Of a stretch of 64,000 nt of DNA, positions 56,401 to 62,400 are shown in pieces. Positions within the stretch are counted from its first letter, which is position 1. Every line of letters starts with the position of its first letter. Location: assembly GCA_012103475.1 (NCBI GenBank), contig WLWS01000003.1, positions 399,565 to 463,564 of the forward strand, in the 5' to 3' direction. Origin of the DNA: Gammaproteobacteria bacterium (GTDB taxonomy: Bacteria > Pseudomonadota > Gammaproteobacteria > Eutrophobiales > Eutrophobiaceae). Below the pieces are notes generated by a model. That model was not told where the DNA came from, ran no database searches, and saw only the letters and a list, made by a program, of their open reading frames with translations. The position numbers and the translations under genes are program-made.

Positions 56401-59400
56401 GCCACGGTGGTCATGAGCGTGACTACGGCTGGTGCGGCAACGATCGACTATACGCAAAGTGGTGACCAGTCTCTTGAAATGACCACACTAACAACAAGTA
56501 ATGGTGACATTACTATCGCTAACAGTGGTGGAAGCAATGCTGATATCACGATTGGCGATATCGATACGGACACTGTCGACGATCAGGTCATGATCACCTC
56601 TTCAGGTGCTGTCGATGATGCGGCAGCTGACGGAGTCAATGATATTTCAACGGTAACCCTGAGTATCAATGCTGAAGAGGGCATCGGCGCCGGTGCTGCT
56701 CTGGAAATTACTGCGAATGCGATAAGTGCGGATACGACGGGTGGCAATATTGATATTGATAACGCTGCCCTCGGGGCAGTCACAGTGAGTAGTTTAACAA
56801 CGGCAGGAACAGCAACGATTGCTTACGATCAAACAGGCAATCAGAGTCTGGATCTGGATTCAGTGACTACTGCAGACGGCAATATTGATGTTACTAACAT
56901 GGGTGGTACCGACGCGGACATCACGATTGGTAACGGCGCTATAGTGGCAGATGCAACGAATGACGTAGTGACGATAAATTCCAGTGGTGCGATTGACGAT
57001 GATACGGCGAATCCCGATACCACGACTGATATTACTGCGTTCAGTATCGATCTTGATGCCGTAGAGGGCATTGGTGCGACAGCGGATGTGGACATAGCAG
57101 CAACAACTGTGGATGCCGATGTCAGCGCAGCAGGTAATATCGCCCTGAACGAAGCCGATGCAGTAACTTTATCCAGCCTGAGTACCAACGATGGCTCTAT
57201 AACGGTAGCAGCCGGTGGTGCAGTGACAGTGACTGGTGTGGACAGTTCCAATACCAACTCTGATGCGAACGACGTGAGCATAACGACGAGCACGGGTGAT
57301 ATTGATATTAATAACATCGACGCCGGAACCCTGGGCGATGTTGTGGTTGATACAGATGCGGGGACAGTTGATGGCATAGGCGGCGGCCCGCACATCACTG
57401 CGGATGATTTGCAGATTGATGCGACGACAGGAATTGGTGCCGGTGTTCAGTTGAGTCTGAGCGGAGTTGATCTGCTGGATCTTGATACGACTGCCGAAGC
57501 AATTGATATCACTAATGCCGCGACAGGAGAAACTGTACTAATCAGTTCAGCAACAACAGGCAATGGCAATGTTGATATAGTCACGACCGGAGCGAATGCG
57601 GACATCACAATTGCGGACGGCGCCATTGTGGCTGATCAAACGGACGATATAGTCAGCATTAATTCGTCCGGGGCCATAGATGACGCCCAGGCAAATCCAG
57701 ATACAACGACAGATATTACCGCATTTAGTATTGATTTAGACTCAGTTGATGGCATCGGTGGAACAGCCGATGTCGATATAGCGGCGAATACAGTGGATGC
57801 GGATGTCAGTTCAGCAGGTAATATCGCACTGAACGAAGCCGATGCAGTGATCCTATCCAGCCTGAGTACCAATGATGGTTCTATTACGGTGACAGCAGGC
57901 GGTACGGTGACGGTGACTGGTGTGGATAGCTCTAATACCAATTCGGATGCCAACGATGTCATCATTACAACAAGCACGGGTGATATTGATATCAATGGCA
58001 TCAATGCCGGGGCGCTGGGTGATGTCGTGGTCGATACCGATGCCGGGGCTGTAGATGGTTTGGGCGGTGGCACGCACATCAGTGCAGATGATTTACAAAT
58101 TGATGCGACGACAGGAATCGGTGCGGGTGTTCGCTTAAGTCTAAGTGGTGTGGATTTGCTGGACCTTGACACGACTTCAGGTTCTATAGATGTACTCAGC
58201 GCGGCCGGCGGCAAAACCGTGTTAGTCAGTTCAGCAAAAACGACTGATGGCGATATCGATATCGCTACGAGCGGAGCAAATGCTGATATTACGATCGCTG
58301 ACGGCGCAATAGTTGCCGATCTAACTGACGACATTGTTAGCATTATTTCTTCCGGAGCGATCGATGACGCACAGGCAAATCCGAATACTGCGACTGACAT
58401 TACGGCTTTTAGTATCGTTCTGAGTGCACTTGACGGTATTGGGGCAACGGCTGACGTAGATACGAATACCACTACACTGGATCTCAACGTAACGAATGCT
58501 GGCCTGATCGCCATTAATGAATTGGATGGCCTTACGGTAACAAGCGCCGTGACTACTGACGGTAACATCACAATTGCCGCCGGTGACAACATGGAAGTCG
58601 GAACTATTACGGCTGGAAATGCGATGACTATCGATTTATCCACGACCGCTGGCGATATCACCGATACAAACGGTGATAGTGATTTGACGGCAAGCAACAT
58701 CAGTCTGGATGCAGCCGGCGGAATAGGAAGTAACACGAACAATATTAATACCACCACAACGAATGCTCTGACCTTAATGAGTGCAGGTGCAGGTACAACC
58801 GGTGATATATTCATAGATGAAACCACATCAATGGATACCGGCGATGTGATGGTGACTACCGCGGTTGCCACATCACAAAGCGTATCAATTGAGGCAAATG
58901 ACTGGACAGTGGACGCTGGTCTTGGTAATGCTCAGGACAATCTTAGTCTGAGCTCATCGGCTGGTAGCATAGTCGATGGCGGAGGCACGTTAACGGCCAA
59001 TACCCTGACTCTGGATGTCAGCGCAACCGGTGGCGCAACGATTGGTGCAACCGGCGCAGGTAATGAAATCGAAACCAATGTTGCCACACTCTCTGTGGAT
59101 GCCAGTAACGGTGCGGGTGGAATATTCATTAATGAAGTGGACGGCGTTGATCTGGCTTTCGTTGATAGTGGTACCGGCGCGTTCGAGATTTCTACTAATG
59201 GCGATCTTACTGACAGCGGCACGATCACTGTCGGCACGACGACCAACATCGACACCGGCGGAAATAACGTCAGTCTGGATAATGGCGACGGGCTTAATGA
59301 TTTTGGCGGTGATGTCACCTTAAATAATGTTGACAACGTTCTGATTGAAGACAGTAACGCGATTCAGTTTGCTACATCCACAATCGGCGGTACCTTTGAT

Positions 59401-62400
59401 GTAACAGCCGGTGGTGATATCACAGACTCCGGCACCTTGACGGTGACGGGAGTCACGACTCTGGATGCGGGCGGTAACGACGTGATTCTGGATGATGTGA
59501 ACAACGACTTCATGGACACGGTGAATGTGAGTAACACAAACAACCTGACGATAGACGATACCAATGCGCTGACACTGGGCACGGTAAGCACGGCTAATAA
59601 TGCTGATATTGATGCGGGTGGTGCAGTCGACTTCACTGGTGTCACTACGGTTGGTGGCACTTTGAATGTGGACACCACGGTGAACGGTGCGGGTGGTGCA
59701 ATAACGGATATCGGTGGCCAGTTATTAATCACCGGCACAACGACTCTCGACGCAGCAGCTAACGATATCGTTCTGGATAACCCTGCGAATGACTTCGGTG
59801 GCGCGGTGACTATTACTAACGCTAGCAATGTTGATATTCAGGACAGCGACAATATTGATTTCGGCGCATCAACAATCGGAGGCACATTCGATGTGACAGC
59901 CGGTGGCGACATTACCGATTCCGGCACCTTGATGGTCACCGGTGTTACAACGCTGGATGCGGGTGGTAACGACGTGATTCTGGATGATATGAACAACGAC
60001 TTCATGGACACAGTAAATGTCAGTAACACAGACAACCTGACGATTGATGACACTAACGCGCTGACACTGGGCACGGTAAGCACGGCTAATAATGCCGATA
60101 TTGATGCTGGCGGTGCAGTTGACTTTACCGGCGTCACCACAGTCGGTGGCACGCTGAATGTGGACACCACAGCGAATGGTACGGGTGGGACGATAACCGA
60201 TACGGGTGGTCAGTTGCTGATCACCGGCACGACGACACTGGATGCGGCCGCTAACGATATAATACTGGATAACCCGGCGAATGATTTTGGTGGTGCCGTT
60301 GCCATTACCAACGCAAACAATGTTGATATTCAGGACAGCGACAATATTGATTTCGGCGCTTCAACGATCGGCGGCACCTTTGATGTAACAGCAGATGGTG
60401 ATATCACAGACAGCGGCACCTTGATGGTCACTGGTGTTACAACGCTGGATGCGGGTGGTAACGACGTGATTCTGGATGATGTGAACAACGACTTTATGGA
60501 TACGGTGAATGTCAGTAACACAGACAGTCTGACGATAGACGATACCAATGCGCTGACATTGGGCACGGTAACAACGACCAACAACGCGGATGTTGATGCA
60601 GGTGGTGCGGTCGACTTCACCGGCGTCACCACAGTCGGTGGCACGCTGAATGTGGATACCACAGCGAATGGTGCAGGCGGTGCAATAACGGATACCGGTG
60701 GCCAGCTGTTAATCACCGGTACAACTACACTGGATGCCGGTGCGAATGTAATTACGCTCGATGAAGACACGAATGATTTTGACGGGGCGCTAACTTTAAC
60801 CAATACGGGCGCCAATGTAGTGACGATTCATGATTCCAACGATCTGGCTATCGACACTGTCAATGTCGGCGATAATCTTGTGCTTAATTATGATCGCGGT
60901 GCGAATGACAGTTCCACTCTCGATTTATCAGCCGCAACGGTAAACACGGGTACCAACGCAATCAGCATAGATGCTCAGGGAAGTGATGACGCCATTCTGA
61001 TGAGCAACACCGCCAATGTCTGGACAACCACGGCTACAAATAGCGGTACCGTGAATGATGGCACCAATACCTTCACCTACACCGACGTGGCCAGTCTGAC
61101 AGGTAATGACATGACGGATACTTTTAACATTGGCCACAATGTTGATGGGACTATCAGCGGTGGTGATGGAGCCAATATTTACAATCTTAATGCAGGCACA
61201 GTCGGTGGTAATATCACAGGCGGCGCGAATGCGGATACTTTTAATTTTACCAACGCCTCGGTAACAGGAACTGTGAATGGCGCAGATGGAGTCAATACTC
61301 TTGATTACTCAGCATTCGCCGCGGCGCCTGTTGCGGTCACACTGACAACGACAGACACAAACGGTTTTCAGGGTACAGCCGACAATACCGGCGGTTTTCA
61401 GAACATGACTAATCTGACCGGTAGCGGTAACGCAGCCGACACGCTGACCGGAGTCAATGCGGATGCGACCTGGAGCATTCAGGCAGGTGATGAGACCTAT
61501 GTCAGTGGTGGAGAAACGCTGACTATCGCTGATGGCACTATCCGGAATTTCATCGGTGGCAGCGCTGTTGATACCTTCAATGTCACTGCGAATAATACAA
61601 ATAACCTTGCCGGTGGTTCAGGCAACGATAATTTCAACCTGAATGCCGGCGCGCTTGGCGGCGTGATGGCAGGTGGTCTGGGGATTGATACTTTCAATCT
61701 GAATGGTGGTACGGTCACTGGCACAGTCAATGGCGGCGGCGGAACAGCAGACAGTTTAGTCGGGGGTAGCAGCTATACACTCACAGGAAATAATTCCGGC
61801 ACTAATGCCGCGATAGGCGGTGGCTGGAGCAATATTGAAAATCTCACCGGCACAGCTGGCAACGATACATTCAATTTCAACAACGGCACGCTCTCCGGAA
61901 CGGCAGATGGTCTGGCTGGTAATGATCTCTTTGATTTTAACGGCGGTACTGCCGGCAGTATCGATGGGCAGGGTGGGGTGGATATTCTTAACTTTGCTAA
62001 CGCCGGCGGCCAGACCATAGCGATTACCGGTCTGGGTGGCACCGACGGATTTTCCGGCACATCGACTAATGTCACGAATTCCTTCGACGACATCAATACG
62101 ATTATCGGCAGTGCGGCTACGGATACTCTGGGGAACGCCAGCAATGCAGACTCAACCTTTAACATCAATAACGGAAGCGGCACGTTTGTGTCCACCAACA
62201 CACTGGTGTTTTCATCTCTTGATAATTTTGCCGGTGGCAGTGGCTCAGACACATTCAATATCACTGGTGACCATACAGGTAATCTGAGCGGCGGCGCCGG
62301 CAATGATGAATTTAACTCTACGAGCGCAAACGTAAATGGCAACGTCACCGGTGGCAGTGGGGTGAATACCTACGAGCTGGGCAGCGGACGGGTCAATGGA

